Notes under the pieces: model-generated | The model's input: the letters and a program-made list of their open reading frames with translations, nothing else | The model's database searches: none | What the model was told of the DNA's origin: nothing | Shown here: in pieces, positions 11,571 through 25,534 of the stretch | Layout: each line of letters starts with the position of its first letter | Numbering within the stretch: position 1 is the stretch's first letter | Made by a program: the position numbers and the translations under genes | Source: Phoronis australis | Lineage: Eukaryota > Animalia > Phoronida | Direction of reading: 5' to 3' | Assembly: GCA_002633005.1 (NCBI GenBank) | Contig: NMRA01000185.1 | Span: 217,921 to 281,920, forward strand | Length of the DNA stretch: 64,000 nt

Positions 11571-14500
11571 CCTGAACTGGAGAATTTTATCGTAGTTGAT
11601 AATGCCACACAATATATCTGCCATTAACAAACATAAGATAGCCAGATTACTTTGTTTTAACCCTGCTACAGACAGACTTTCCACTGTGGCGTGAGTCAAA
11701 CTATTACTCAGGTCAGCAGCAGTCATCATAAAACCATTTCAAATCACAAGATGGCTAAACCAAAACAAATTGGAAGTGAAACTTTGACGCAACCAACGCA
11801 AAGCACCGTCATGTAGTTGGGTATAGACACAGGATAATCCTGGACAACTAAAAGAAAAAGGATGAAGGAGAAATCCCGTCACAGTGAATGACTGCACTTC
11901 TTAACTGTTCACAACAATCAATTTCTCTTCTTCACTCAGTAGCCTCCTTCGCTAGGCGCACTGTCCCAGGTGGCCACTAGTACTTCTCTCCCACACTTGA
12001 GTCATTTCCTTCCCAGTTTTATTTGTGTCAGTGACCAGGAATTACCACGAATTTCACAGTTCAAGCCTAAAAATACAAGAAATCAGTCACCCCTGGTGAC
12101 CATCAAATCACCTTCACTGATATGAAAATATCCAGTATCACCTTCACGCCTGCCGTGACACTGGTCACGCCATTCACCCCTCAAGAAGTGTTATTGACTC
12201 TTAGTTCATAACTTGAGTTATTTCTAGAACCAAATTACTTTGGTGTTTTGGTATAAATTCATGCAAGTACCGTAACATTAACTGTTTGATTTCACACGAC
12301 CAAACTCGCATTTGAGCGAGGAGCACTTAACACGGAATGGCTGATCAGGAGCAAGTATGTAAACACGACTGACACGGAGTGAACTGACACTGGTGTCCGC
12401 CATTTTTGTCATCAGTTTGAGAAATTAAATGCAAGTGCAAGTTGCACTTGATCAGTTGCTCAGTTGTCAACTAAACGTCTCAAACTCCCAAGGCAAGGAG
12501 AGACGGTCTTAAATTTTATTTCACTTACATAATAGTGAACATACTGTGGTGATCAAATTGTTTTTGACATTACTCATTGTTAATGTGAACATGCGCAAAC
12601 TGTCTAAGAGTTTAACTTCCGCGCTGACCCAGTTTGCGATAATGGGGCGTAAGTGAAACTGAAGTGGAGCAACTCGCACCATGTCAAGTGTTCCTTGTAT
12701 AAAAACCGCTCAAGACATAAGAAAGCAAATTCACACAAGTATTCAAAGGCTTGACCACTAACTAACCACATGATTAAGGCTGTACTTAGGATAACTATGT
12801 CCTAATTACTTTACAAGCACTTCTTGACAAGGTGAATGACCAATAGGCCAGTCAATATCAAGCCCTTTTAATTTTCTTTGAATAGACTTCTAATGAGTGA
12901 TAAGGCACAAACTCAGAAAATGTCTAAGTTTTCAATAATCTGATAACATTCTAAAAGCAAATTCATTAGAACCATACCTAAGGCTTTCTGCATTAAAATG
13001 CCGATGCTGAAGAATTGTTCTCAGGCATCCTTCCTACAGTAAATTAGTTTTGAACTTTTTGTTGTATAAACTAACACAACCCCAAATTTTACAAACATTG
13101 GGGCTTAAAAACTGGTGCTTGAAAATAGGAATTTAACACTCCAACACGATAACCTTTATCAAAATTGTCATCTAATTGCTCTGGTCAAGTCAAAAAACAT
13201 TCACCAGACTTTTCAAAACGTTTACAAGATCAAGAGAACACAGCTAATAATTACACTTTGTTTGAATTCTTGCGATAACTTTTCTAGATTACCAAAAGAA
13301 AGTTGCCAAAAATATTCGTTTTAATGCGCCTATTGTGTCCTGTACTGAAGAAAATATAACCAACAAAATTCTGTGTACCTTGACAAAATGGCCACCACAA
13401 TGACATATTATGCCATTTTGAAATGGAAATATAAACTGTTGCTTACATTGTGCGGGGAAATGCATTGCTTTACACAGGCAGCTTTTAAGCTCACTTTATA
13501 CGAAAAATACAGATTTTAGGAGCATTCGTGGTTTTGAATACAAAAAGAGCAGCCCCATCCACACAATGCTGGATCTGATGACAAAAAACTAGACTTGGGT
13601 CCTCAAGCCATTGAGGAGTCTCAAATTATGAAAAGATTTCATGTTAATCAATGAAGAAATACCAGGTAACATAAACCTCAAAAATATTTATAGAGCAATT
13701 AACCCTCGAGGTTATGAAACCTATTTTCATTGACAAAGGCTGAAACTCTGCTATGACTTGTGGCTAGAATCAGGATGCGATATTTGATAGTACTTAAACC
13801 AGGAACTGAAATCTAATAATATGAAACCCAGTCATTATTACTCACAAGACTCATTGAAATGCAGGTCCCATCTTACTACTTTGTACTTACTGTAAGTATC
13901 CATTCCCCTTGCACTTCCAATAACATCGTAATGCATGTTTTCAAAGACAAAATATCTGATCTTAGCTCTGATTACCATTAATCACTGAGTGACAATTTTC
14001 GATGTGGCAGCAAGACTAAGATAGAATTCTGATCAAAGTAGATCAATACATTACCCGAAGCCTGTCCAAAAGAGTGTAACCCACGACTCTCTAGGCCATA
14101 CACTGTGGTTGTCTCAGCCCAGAGACGGCCAGAAAAGAACTGCTGCGGTCACCCTTTTTGAGTTGGTAACGCTCACTTAAGATAACACCTTTGGCGCAAA
14201 ACCCCACCCAAACATTCATACCTTATGTTGTCAATGACAATTCTGGTACTGTAATTATTTTTGTACAAAATAAATGAAGAATTCCCCTATAGCATACGTG
14301 TACATTAGCCACTCACACCTCTGGAAAATCCTCATGATGTCATGTACTTGGATGAGGAATTATTGAATGGCCGCAATATAGGTCGTCTACGGAATGGCCG
14401 CAATAAAGGTCATCAGGCTTTTTATTAGTTCGCACTGCATGGTCAACTAATTACCATACTGAATGGTGTTATTACCTACGGTCAGTTGATTCACAACTCT

Positions 14501-15988
14501 TAGAGCATGACATAGTTTTGGCACCCAGGGCTTGTCGTGTTTTATGTCTTCTTGAAGAGCAAAGCATTCCGAGTATACCTAAGGCAACATATCCAGCTTT
14601 ATTCTTTGATATAAAACATATACATAACACGACCAGGGAGTTTTGAATTACCATGACCACTTTGATGATACTGTACTTGAAATTTCAACATAGCCAGTCC
14701 ATAACTCTGAGGTAATAAGAGATTCCGTATCCATAAGTCAGTGAAAAAAATTCTATTAGAACAAGAGCAGTAGCCACACAGTGAGACTGAAACTCTGATG
14801 TACTGATTCGATTCAGTTTCCAAAGTGCAGAGAATTCTGCTAGAACAGGAGCAAGCCACGCAGTGAGAGTGAAGTTGAAAGAAGACACCGCAATTTTTGA
14901 AAAGTCGGAGGTGGGCATTTCTACTAAACACTTCAAACTAGGGAGCAAGAATTAAATAAAACGTAGCTTTTGGAAAGCATGATAAATTTCCTGCTTGAAT
15001 AAGCTGGCCATTGGCTGTTAGCGAGTTTCGTATTGTTAGATGTGAACTACAATTTGTGCGACACTCACATTCAGACAGTGTCATTGATGTAAATCTGGGG
15101 TGGATGACGAGTCAGGCATTGAGGCTTTGAAGCAAAAATTTGGACATTTCGTGAATATGTGTCAGGTCAAACAATGGTGATAATTCTGGCCAGTTTGGTG
15201 TTAGTCTGGAAGAGCTGAGAAAGAAATACCATGTGCTAGTGATTAGTGTTTTCTTTTGTCACTGAGCCTCCAAAGACTGATCTTGCCTAAGGCTCAGAAT
15301 AACTCTGGCCATCTTTGTTCCACACTTTAATCTGATTGTCATAACAAACTCTCCAAATATTATTGTTAATCAGAACAAATGATTAACAACTGATAACAAC
15401 AGAAACAACCAGGACAATATGATAAACAAGTGAAGAAAATAATATTTTGCTAATGTTTTTCCAAAAGTCCCCTATATTGAACTTAGTGATAGTAAAACTT
15501 GGCACAAACATCACATCTTGCTATTTTCATGGAAATGTGGCCATTTGTCAAACATGCCTCAAGTCTACGCAAGCCCAGCTACTCAGATTTTTCTGTGAAG
15601 TGATTATTTGAAAAAACTCATGACAAGTTTTCCTGCTTTGTACTACTACAGATCCTTTTGAGTAAACTCATTGTAATAAAATCTTTTATCTAACTCACCA
15701 CTGCTGACTTTTTAAATCACAAAAGGATGCCACAATGTCAAAAATGAGCTCATCTTCTGCAATTGTATATATAAAATAAAATAAAATAAATATCAAAAAG
15801 AAGAACTTTCTGTCCACTTTGTAGTTGGACGCATGGCTGATGAAATTAAATTGTAAAAGTGCCCTTTTGTACAAAACTTTAACAGTGAGGTACCCTCAAC
15901 TAGCTGAGGAGCACATCCCATATACTTCTACTGTAGTTAGCTCAGAGAGACAACAAAATGAAGCTTCCCTTAAAGCTACACTAGAGGA

Positions 15989-16212
15989 GGCAGTGTGGCC
16001 TAGTGTGATAGGTGCCCGCCTTCTTTACTCGAGGTCGTGGGTTCGAGTCCCACTGGGCCACACTGCTAGACCTTCGAGTCAGGTTTCTAGCGGCCTCAGC
16101 TCGGTTCTAACTATATAATAAAGCACAAAAATGGTTCCAGGTGATCAGTGCAAGGGGCCCACATGCCCGGCCTGCGCACGTCTGGTACAACGTGTACCTG
16201 ACCACCAGTAAT
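15989..16212 (+). mobile_element. tRNA-derived SINE
   Basis: A-box TGGCCTAGTG and B-box GGTTCGAGTCC (16040-16050); GCAGTGTGGCC pairs with GGCCACACTGC; non-tRNA body follows; 3' end approximate. Confidence 0.7.
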
Positions 16213-16887
16213 TATTTTTTAAAGGTACACTTTCCGCTTCTTCTCATTACAAAACTTCATAAAGGGACTTTGACCGAAAACCAATCTAGTCAACATTTAT
16301 TCCCAAATGGTGCTCTTTAAAAATGTGTCCAAATAAACAGAATTTCTTTTGAAAATTTAAAACAAATTTGAATTTCAGGTGGAACACCAACAAAATGGCC
16401 ACCATAATTAAACAGAGTTGAACTTCTCTTTTCAATGAATTGTCAGCAGTAAAAAAATAAATAAATTCTATTTTAGTGATGTCTTTCAACTCATAAAACT
16501 GCTTCTGTATTATAAACTGGTGAAAATAAAGGAATGTAAGTCTTTAATGGAACTGATTACCATTCATGTTAAATCAAATCCAGTATCACAATTTTCTGAC
16601 AATCAATAACTCCAAATTGCACATTTTACTGTGAATTGCCATTATCTTTCCGTTTGCTAGACATGCTGTTCTCAGAAGGTCTACATCACAATGCAAATTG
16701 GTTTATGCTCGCTAGTTGTTTGGCGAATAGACCGGCTGACGTATAAAACAGGCTTGCGGTTAACAAAAAAGGCCAAAAACAGAAAGATGTCACCTTAATA
16801 GAACATATTTGCCAAATTTCATGAACATGCCTAATACAAAAATTGTAAAGTCACAATTATTAAAAATGGACACAAGGTGGCACACAA

Positions 16888-17892
16888 CAGGCCTTCATGC
16901 AGCGTACGTCCTGGGCGTCCATTTGGACACCCTAGCACTAATGTAGACGCCCTGGCAAGGACGCCCAATGTATCATTTGGACGCCCTGTCAATCAGAATT
17001 TCTCCAGTTTGGACACCCACATAGAAAGATTACTAAGACTCCCAGTTAATCAAAGGGGGAAGTTGGCCCTTTCAACTCGAAAGCAATATACAAAGTATTT
17101 AAAATGTTGCAATATTCAAGCTATTCTCAAACTATTTGGTAGACCTATCAATCATTAGCACGTGGTTGGTTGCCAGAGTGTCTGCTTTCAATAGACTCAC
17201 ATGCCACTTTATATAGGGACATGGACCTTGCTTAACTCCAAACTGGTGTTTCAGAGCTGTAATTTCATGTACTTCATCTTTTTTTAAAAATACCAAAAGC
17301 AAAATAAATGTCATTATTTTAATAATATGATGTGCCGCAAGAATATCCCCATTTAAAATGTTTGAGTTTTCGCCTGTTTCATGCTTTTCTATGTGCGTCT
17401 AAAATGGAGCAGCAATGACACCTGTTGTCAAAATATAAACCACACATCATCTGTGCATTTTTCTTTTGTTGGTAACTGCAGCTTTGATGACTCATTGTAC
17501 AGAATATAAAGCTAGTGAAGTTGATATAATAAACTTTATAACAGAATTTGACTTGAGATGACCAAAAACAGTGCACTCATCGTTCAACCAATATCTGTAA
17601 TATCTGTAATACCCGTTTGGTAAACTATTTGGCTGTTTTCGTAAATTTAAACATAAAAGTCTTGATCAACAGTTTTTTAGTACTTAAAAAAGCCCAATAC
17701 AAGGGAGCTGTTTTTGTAAACTTAGGTGTAAAAGCCTTGTTCAACGCATTTTTTAATTGTAAAAAAAACTCACAGAGTGTGTTGGGGGGGGGTTACTGGT
17801 GAATGGGGTGGGGAGGGGGGGTAATGGACGCCCTGGAATATTGGGAACCCCATTTTGGACACCCTATGTTCGAAATCCTAGATGAAGCCCTG
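16888..17892. mobile_element. hAT-type non-autonomous element (~1 kb), same family as 2111-2580 in opposite orientation
   Basis: Perfect 8-bp TSD GCACACAA (16880-16887, 17893-17900); ends CAGGCCTTCAT / ATGAAGCCCTG; GGACGCCC subterminal repeats. Confidence 0.9.
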
Positions 17893-19609
17893 GCACACAA
17901 TATGTCAAATCCATCCGAAAATAGGAAGGCATCAATCGGCTTATTGATAGAAACCTATTTGCTCCAAAAAAACAAGCAAACATAAAATACTTAAACTTCC
18001 ACTGAGGGACACAGCAGCAGTCGGATCCCTCCGAAAGTTGTCATCATCCGTCATATAATATAGGAATGTTTACATCTGCCAACTTTCAGGGATGTTTTCC
18101 AAGGAGATTTGGAGTTACATCAGGAAATGCCGGATGCTCAGAGATGACAACAGTATGCCCCCACGTGTATATATATGTACGCATAACAATCAAGTCATAA
18201 TATTTAAGTTATGATAGAAATGTCTTCTTTGTGACTTGAATATACCCATGTGAAAGCCTGCACCATTTTAGTGGATTAAATGTATTTTCCGAGACAAAAA
18301 CGTACTATTCATTTTAATTTAGCAGATCTGAAATTGAAAAGTTTTAGGTTAACTGAAATTAAGACAGCGTAAGAACGTAAAATTAGAATTTATTATTATA
18401 AAAAGTTTGTTGTCCCTCAAAGATGGCTGGGTAGAAAATAAAGCGAGCTTAATGCTCTTCATGGCATCAATCAGTGTATTTCAAACACTGTTTCTCATCA
18501 TTGATTTTTCTAGTTATTACAATATCCGTAGTGTCTGGAAATATGATTAGGTTTTGACATATCAAAGTACTCTAAAAGGTCGTAACAACATAATCTATTT
18601 TCAGTAATTATAATTACGCTAGAAAAGCTCATTTCCGAAGAATATATCAACTGAATGACGAAAAAATGATTACAACAGCGATAGCAAACCAAGCAACGAA
18701 TCCATTTTCAAGTTATTTTAAAGGTAACTAAGTAAGTAAGTATTACTGTGGAGTGAGTCAAAATTAAATCATTGTCCACAACAGTTTAGCAACAAGGAAA
18801 TAACAGTACATTTGCCAGACATTAATCACTCAATAAAGCATGGCGAGAGATATGGCCCTACCAGACTTCAACATGGCAATAGAACTCTCTTTTGTAACAG
18901 AGATAAAAAGGGGGTGACCCAGTTTTGGAAATCAGGCACATTTCCGTGTCTCATTGATGTCAAGAAGGCAAAGAATTTCAAATCACTTATCCACCAGTAT
19001 TTGTCCAATTTATCAACACGGCACAGCAGTAATTGGCACTGGAAAGACGACTAGAGTAATGCAGCCGAAAAAATTTTGTAAAGAATTAGATAACTACAAA
19101 TAACATGCAACTCCAGTGGCATGGAAACCCAGCAGGAAATGTGCCTGACGGATATTAACGGTATTGAGGATAATTACAGCAAGGTTCGAGTGTCGCTGTG
19201 TAACACAGGATGGCTCTATTGGTCACTTTTCCAGCATAGAGTAGACCCTGGGCTCTTAAGGGCTGGCATTCATGTTGGTCCTGCGTAACACATTGACAGT
19301 TTGTCCCAGGTAATCACCACACCTAAGGGGCCAGTCAATTACGAGGGACTTCAACTTTAGTCCTGAGGAAATTGAACTATCTACACAGCTAATGAGTTCA
19401 CTAAACCTAATTGGATCCAATAACAGCTTTGACACAATTATCATATTTTAAGGAATTGCCCACATTAGATCCCATTAGAAAAGCAATTCCAATAACAGCC
19501 AGGGCATAATTATCACATCTAGTAATTACCCATCCCTTACGGAAAATTCCAACAGGATTTCCTATTGTATTCACATAGGAAACCCTACAGGAATCCATAT
19601 AGGATTTCC

Positions 19610-19776
19610 TATCACTGCAGTCATTGTATCTGTGTTTAAGGACCATGTGTCTGTATCTGGCTCTAGTTATCACTGCAGTCATTGTATCTGTGTATTAAGG
19701 CCCATGTGTCTGTAACTGGCTCTAGTTATCACTGCAGTCATTGTATCTATATTTAGGCATGTGCACCTGTATCTGG
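19610..19776 (+). repeat. ~59-bp minisatellite, ~2.8 copies
   Basis: TATCACTGCAGTCATTGTATCTGTG...GGCTCTAGT repeated. Confidence 0.85.
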
Positions 19777-21120
19777 AACATTGCTTTCTTTTCAAAAACA
19801 AAGTTTGTTATAGGATCTCACGAATTGTTGCATGAGCCATTCAAACTTCTGCTGCCAAAAACTCTTGTTAAATAGTATTTTTCGATAGACAATAAGTCAC
19901 ATGAAGCACTACTTTTGTGTCCGAGGCCAGGGAACGTAGTAGCGACACGGCGAAGCTAGGTCACCATCCACGTAGGGAGAAAAGGCTTTTAACTAAACTC
20001 TCTATAGAAAATTAATACCCGAAAAAAGTATCCAGGTACCTACCCGAGAAAATACCTCAAGCTAAATTATCTGCCAAACACAATAGCTAAGATGGTTATT
20101 GAAAGTTGTCACTCCACGCATAATCTATCACGAGTGCTGATAGCTTATTCTGTCTCTTTTGTTCATACTTACCATATTTCAATCAAAGGGAAGAAGTAAG
20201 TACTGAATTGCCATCAACAGCTATTGTTTTGCAATAGATTAGTCAAGCTTCACTCATATGACAAAAATTCCTTGATGGCTTTTGCATCACACAAGGCACA
20301 TGCACCAAATTTCTGATTGCCACATAGCCTTACATGCAGGCACATAGGCTCTGTACCAGCCAATTCTATTATTCTGGCATGATTGTAAATCAATTTAACA
20401 AGAACACTTTAAACTGCCATAGCTTTCAAAAAAAGTGCTTGAGACTTATTGAATTTCAATGAATCACCTAGCCAGGGAGTGGTAGAGACCCATAAGAGCA
20501 CCCTCTTTCAACAACAGATCTGCAGTGTATAAACACAGTGTTAAAAACCAGTGAATAGGCAGCCACAAAACAAATTCATTGGCCAAATAATTGCTTTTTC
20601 AACATCACTTAGGGCAGACAATGAAAACTTCAAGGCTATGTTGTAGTATTAGCCAATAGTTTCTAACAAAGAATGACATTTTCAGGGAAAATATTTGTAT
20701 ATAATACATCCATCAAGTCCATTATGGACACAGGTCAAGTTACAGTGCCAAGGAATGTCCCAAGAAGCCAATCATCCATAATAAGTAAAACCTATTGATT
20801 ACATTAGCTCTCTGCCATAAAGTCATGATTATCAAAAATCTTACAACCAGCGCAGCTACTGAAAACTTCATATTTCAAAATCATAATATATAAACAGACA
20901 CAACATTTCAATGTTCCATAAGAGCATCACAAGGCAAAAAAGAAAGAAGTGACAAAGAATTGAAAGTGACATTGAAAATTCAGAGGCATGAAGATTGCAT
21001 GAAGGAATACCAGTCCTCTGACAGCAATAGCGTGAAAATCGATTGTTCTCCGCACAGTCACAAGGTGGATGTCCTAATACACTCAGTCAAAACTAGGAAA
21101 CGCTTTACATCAAAAGTGAA

Positions 21121-21550
21121 GCCCACACAGACTTACCCTAGAACAGCCCCCTGGAAAGAAATGTCGCTAGGTTTGGGTGCTGTCTGGACGCTACGGTACT
21201 TAAACTAGAGCAACTTGCCCACCTTATCAAGATAGGGTAACTTGTTCTAGGACAGCTTGCGCCACTCCTAATCGTTGTATGGCCGCAAACCTGGGGCAAG
21301 GCACAAGTAATTATCAGTTGTGACTACATAAAGACGAGTCGTTTTGCACACCGTATTCTCATTACATAGATGTTCATTGTCATGCACAGAGCAAAAACTT
21401 CCACCTTGCATTAGTTATCGGATGTGTGTGTGTGTGTGTGTGTGTGTTTGTGTGTGTGCATGCATGCGTGCGTGTGCGTGATCCACTGAAAGTGGGGGAA
21501 GTTTCACTAGTGCAAGTTGTTCAATTGTTCAAGGCAAGTCTGTTTGTGGA
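21121..21550. mobile_element. MITE, same family as 24456-24979, with internal (TG)n microsatellite at ~21423-21480
   Basis: Co-linear similarity (ACTTACCCTAGAAC, TCGCTAGGTTTG, CACCGTATTCTCAT, AAGTGGGG) with the second copy. Confidence 0.75.
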
Positions 21551-22109
21551 TGACACTGAAGAGTCATTGTTTCTAAAGCAAGTCAATGCCGCCCAAGAGT
21601 CGTTGAAGCAAAAACATAGGTTAGTCCTCTCCCACCTGTGCAGATGCAATCTGTTAGTTACAATTAAATCAAAACAAAAGAATCTGGTTGGTGATTCAGG
21701 AAACTTGTTCTCCAGAACCTTTCAGGTGTAATATCCGATTGTCCTTGTTTGACTTAATGTGCAAATATTTGATAAAACCTCAACTAATGACTCAGTTATG
21801 CAGGAATCCAGAAACCAGTAAATGCAAAGACAATGCTGAAAACGGATATTGGTAATTTCAAAAGTTAAGGACATGAAAAAGTCTTCAAAGCTCAACCCCT
21901 CTCACCCCCCCCCAAAAAAAAGGAAGTGATTTTATCGAACCAACGCTTTTATTCACTATTCCTAACTACTAGGTGCAACGAAACTACGTCTAAATCTTTC
22001 CACACTATGACTGAAAATAATTTCTATTCTCTTTCAGTTAATTCGCTGCAGCAAGCATCAATTGACGTCACTTTCCCCACCAGCAAAACCGCCCTTACAT
22101 TTTCTACTA

Positions 22110-22401
22110 ATTGACCTATCGCAAGCTACCCCTTGTGAAAAGTCATCGACAATGTGTTGTTTGTTGGTACAGAAAGGTGTGTCAAGAATACTTCGTTCTG
22201 ATTGGTCAGTTAACGCATCAGTCAAAATCTTGGCGATAGGTCAACCTATCGCAAGTCCACCTCCTTGTGAAAAGTCACTGGCAACGCGCGTTGTTTTTCG
22301 GGTAAAATGTCGGCTTAAAAATGCAGATGACGGTGTGTCAAGAATGTTTCGTTCTGACTGGTCAGTTACGCTATCAGTCAAAATCCTGGCCATAGGTCAA
22401 T
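22110..22401. mobile_element. Head-to-tail dimer of a short MITE with ATTGACCTATCGC termini
   Basis: Two ~135-157 bp units joined at GATAGGTCAACCTATCGC (~22244); relatives at 24646-24799 (reverse) and 40758-42475. Confidence 0.85.
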
Positions 22402-22429
22402 ATTCTCTCTGAATGCTTCATGTACATTA

Positions 22430-23101
22430 GGTGGCACTGAACAGTTAGGCTGCGGCCGCGGCCAATTTGCACCCCCAAAATTAAAATTTTGGGGTAGGCC
22501 AAGTTTGGGGGCATTTTGTCTGTAGGCACTGCATGTAGGCTCAGTGAGTGTGGTAATTGTTTGTATTTGTGAACCTGCTGAGAATGAAAAAAAGGCCATT
22601 TTCTCCGCTGTAGCTACACTCTTCTTCAAGGTGAGTGAGCAGGTCGCCCCCTGTTGCAATTGTGCATTGCTGTGTACTGAGAAATTGGCAGCGATTTCAG
22701 GTAGCCCTCAAAGAAGCCAGATTTACAAAAAAAAACTAGTTGGTTAACAGTACTTTTGGACCACATTTTGGAATCGGTAGGAAATTTTTGCTTTCGGAGT
22801 CTAATGTTGGTTTTAGTCAAGCATCGGCAGGGAAGTGGTGGTTTTGGGGTGAAAAGTACTGATTTCGCATTTGTGCCCTTATCTTTCTTAGTCTGGCTTG
22901 GTTTCCTCTGGGAGTGAAAGGGTCAAAACTACAAGAGAGAATAAAGTTTCTGTGCTCATCTGTAGGGCGTGTGATGTGAAATGACTCAAAACTTTTCTTT
23001 ATTTGCATGCAGTTTTTGACAGAGTGAAGAAAGGGTGAAGAGTCCATTGACGTGTGTTCTGATAGGCAAACCCCTGTGAGAACTGTTCAGTGCCTCGAGG
23101 G
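22430..23101. mobile_element. piggyBac-like non-autonomous element, left terminus degraded
   Basis: Right end AACTGTTCAGTGCCTCGAGGG-TTAA; GGCACTGAACAGTT inverted match at ~22433; a similar terminus TTAA-CCCTCGAGG lies at 13699-13711. Confidence 0.55.
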
Positions 23102-23290
23102 TTAACTAGTTCTTGGGGTTAAACACCAGATTGCATACTAATATCTGATTCACATTGACCTCACTATACCTGTGTTGAATGTTGTGACCTCTAGCAATTA
23201 CTCCCATCAGAATGGAGTGAACCTTTCCCAATACAGAGGAGTTATGCAACTCTGCAGTTCAGTCCACTTATTTTGAGTTGGGATGGCAAT

Positions 23291-23720
23291 TTAAGGTTAT
23301 GTAAGGCACTAGAAAACTGACCAAATTGGCTAATTTCAAATCTCACAAATGGCTGATCTGTTACACAAGAAACCCTACATAGCTACCATACGCTTTATGC
23401 AAGCGTTCTCCTAAATGCGCTTAGGGGTTGTTTTAAAAATTTCCACCTTTACATGACAGGCTATCAAAAATAGGACATTCATGACTTTTCTGAAAATGTT
23501 GAAACAAAACCGAAATGACAATTTGGAAAACTGCATTTTCGAGACTTCACCTTGAAAACTTATATCAACTGAAATTTGGCCATTGTTTTGCTATGAACGT
23601 GCCTTTCTTTTTGCTTAATTTGGCTAAATTAATATGAAGTCAAAATTCAAATTCTATACCTTTACTGACTTCAAATTTATAATTTTGTTCATATTTGTCA
23701 ATAAGACCTGCATAACATTA
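23291..23720 (+). repeat. Interspersed repeat fragment shared with ~43955-44350
   Basis: Shared blocks CTAGAAAA..GGCTAA and TTCACCTTGAA...TTTTGCTATGAA.GT.CCT; boundaries approximate. Confidence 0.6.
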
Positions 23721-24455
23721 AGTCTGGGAGTTAGGCTTTCCTACTGACAGAGACTTTGCAAAATGGGAGTTGCTGCTTTGGGAAATTTAAGTTGTTAGTT
23801 TAGCGAACCTTTCGTCCAAAGTTGGACAGCTTCAAACAATGCACTAACTTGTCATGTCAAGGAATTTTTTTTTTGAGTTCAAATCCTGATTCAGGACTTT
23901 TCTTCCTCAAACAGATGTTGGTTACTCCAAATGAGCTCAAACTACTCAAATACGCTTTAAAACACAAGAAATAAGATTTTAAACACTCGAACACAAGACA
24001 CGACACAAAAATGATCCCCCAACTGTGCTACCACCTCTCAGTGTGGTTGGCAGACGGGAAAAATGTTTATTGCCAGAGTATTTATTAAAGTTTGAACTAT
24101 TTACAAAAAAAACTCTTCCAAAGGTGTCGATCTACACTCAAATGGTATTTACAGCGACGTTACTTTGATGGTTTAGCCAAGGTGAAGCATCATTAGCATA
24201 ATGCACCATCGGCTAGCATGTCACATGATACGTGAAGTTGCCTTTCCGCATCATACTGTGTCACCATGACAACAGAGAACAAAGCAAGATAGAGTGGAAT
24301 GTAGTTGAGTTGAATTGAGGTGTGAATAAAACATCATATCAGGATTCAAGCACTAGACTCAATAAGCCAAACCATTCAATACACTTGGCAATTTATGGTG
24401 AGCTCAGAGTGATGCTCAAAACATTGTTACCATTACCGGCAGGCTCTAATGTGTT

Positions 24456-24979
24456 GTCCAGACACAAACTTACCCTAGAACAAGTTACTCCTGGAACGGG
24501 TACTCGCTAGGTTTGTGGGCTGTGGACATTATTTAAACTAGTGCAGCTTGCCCCATTCTGACACCTTACACCACCTTACCAAGGTAGGGTAAATTTTTCT
24601 AGGATACTTCTAATCTATGTGTGGCTGTAAACGTGGGGCAAGGCAGGATCTTGAGGACAGCTCAACTGACCACAGCATTCTTGACAAAAACCTTCATTTC
24701 CAAGCCGCCATTTTACCCAAGAAACAACATGATGTCGGCTAAAACTTATTGTTTGTTAGTCGACTTTTCGTAACAGGGCGAAGCTTGCGATAGGTTAATT
24801 ATCAGCTGCGGTTATATACAGTCAAGTCTTCTTTTGTGCACCGTATTCTCATCAGCTGTTCACTGTTGCGCACAGAGTAGCAACTTCTGCCTTACCTCAG
24901 TTATCAGTGGACTCTCCACTTAAAAGTGGGGTAAGCTGCACTAATGCAAGTTGTTCTAGGGTAAGTCTTGTGTGTGGAC
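24456..24979. mobile_element. MITE with a nested reverse copy of the ATTGACCTATCGC family (24646-24799)
   Basis: TIR GTCCAGACACAAACTTACCCTAGAACAA / TTGTTCTAGGGTAAGTCTTGTGTGTGGAC; the insert is absent from the sister copy at 21121-21550. Confidence 0.8.
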
Positions 24980-25034
24980 GAGACTATAGTAGGCAGCAGG
25001 GTACCCCTTCAGAAATTCAACAAGTAGAATTTAC

Positions 25035-25293
25035 CTCCTCCATTTTTGTAACAGAGATATGGGAATCTCCAGACATTCCCCAGTCCAACGGCAAATCCAA
25101 CGCAGGACAAGATGAACTCTATCCCTGACGTCCACGTCTCCCGAGTGTGTTCAGTAGACAAGCTTGAATTATCCGAGTGGTCGGTCTTCAACTCATGGCC
25201 ATCATCTTTCTCAGACAACGCGATGTCCTTCGATTCAGAGGGTCCCTCGAGCCCTGGTTTTTCAAGGGCATCGCTATCTTGGTTATCTCCCAT
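25035..25293 (-). CDS. SLC6 transporter, first coding exon
   Basis: MGDNQD...[36 protein letters not shown](G), the SLC6 TM1 signature; acceptor tttgtttag 8 nt before ATG; donor G|gtaaat. Confidence 0.96.
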
Positions 25294-25430
25294 TTATTGA
25301 TCTAAACAAAAATAGAAACATCTATTACAATATTATAAATTTTAACACCAATAAATAAATAAATAAATGATTGCTACCTACAGAAACTCTTTTTTGCATT
25401 GCTTACATACGCAAATAAAACATAGTTGGA

Positions 25431-25534
25431 TCTGGCCTCTACCCTATCTCATTTTGACATCTGCGCTCACCAACTAAAACAATCCCTCTGGTCTCTACCC
25501 TATCTCATTTTGACATCTGCGCTCACCAACTAAA
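25431..25534 (+). repeat. 56-bp unit x2, third copy at 26808-26862
   Basis: TCTGG(C/T)CTCTACCCTATCTCATTTTGACATCTGCGCTCACCAACTAAA on both sides of the element at 25533-26807. Confidence 0.9.

Noticed and set aside
14474-14512. Alternative SLC6 first exon MSCSKSCESTDR
   Set aside because: Donor is phase 2 whereas the next exon needs phase 1, and it would omit TM1
15989-16066. Functional tRNA gene
   Set aside because: A and B boxes present but no canonical anticodon arm, and it continues into a SINE-like body
13699-23105. Single 9.4 kb piggyBac element bounded by TTAA-CCCTCGAGG ends
   Set aside because: Only 9 bp match; the right end pairs better with ~22433, so these are probably ends of separate copies
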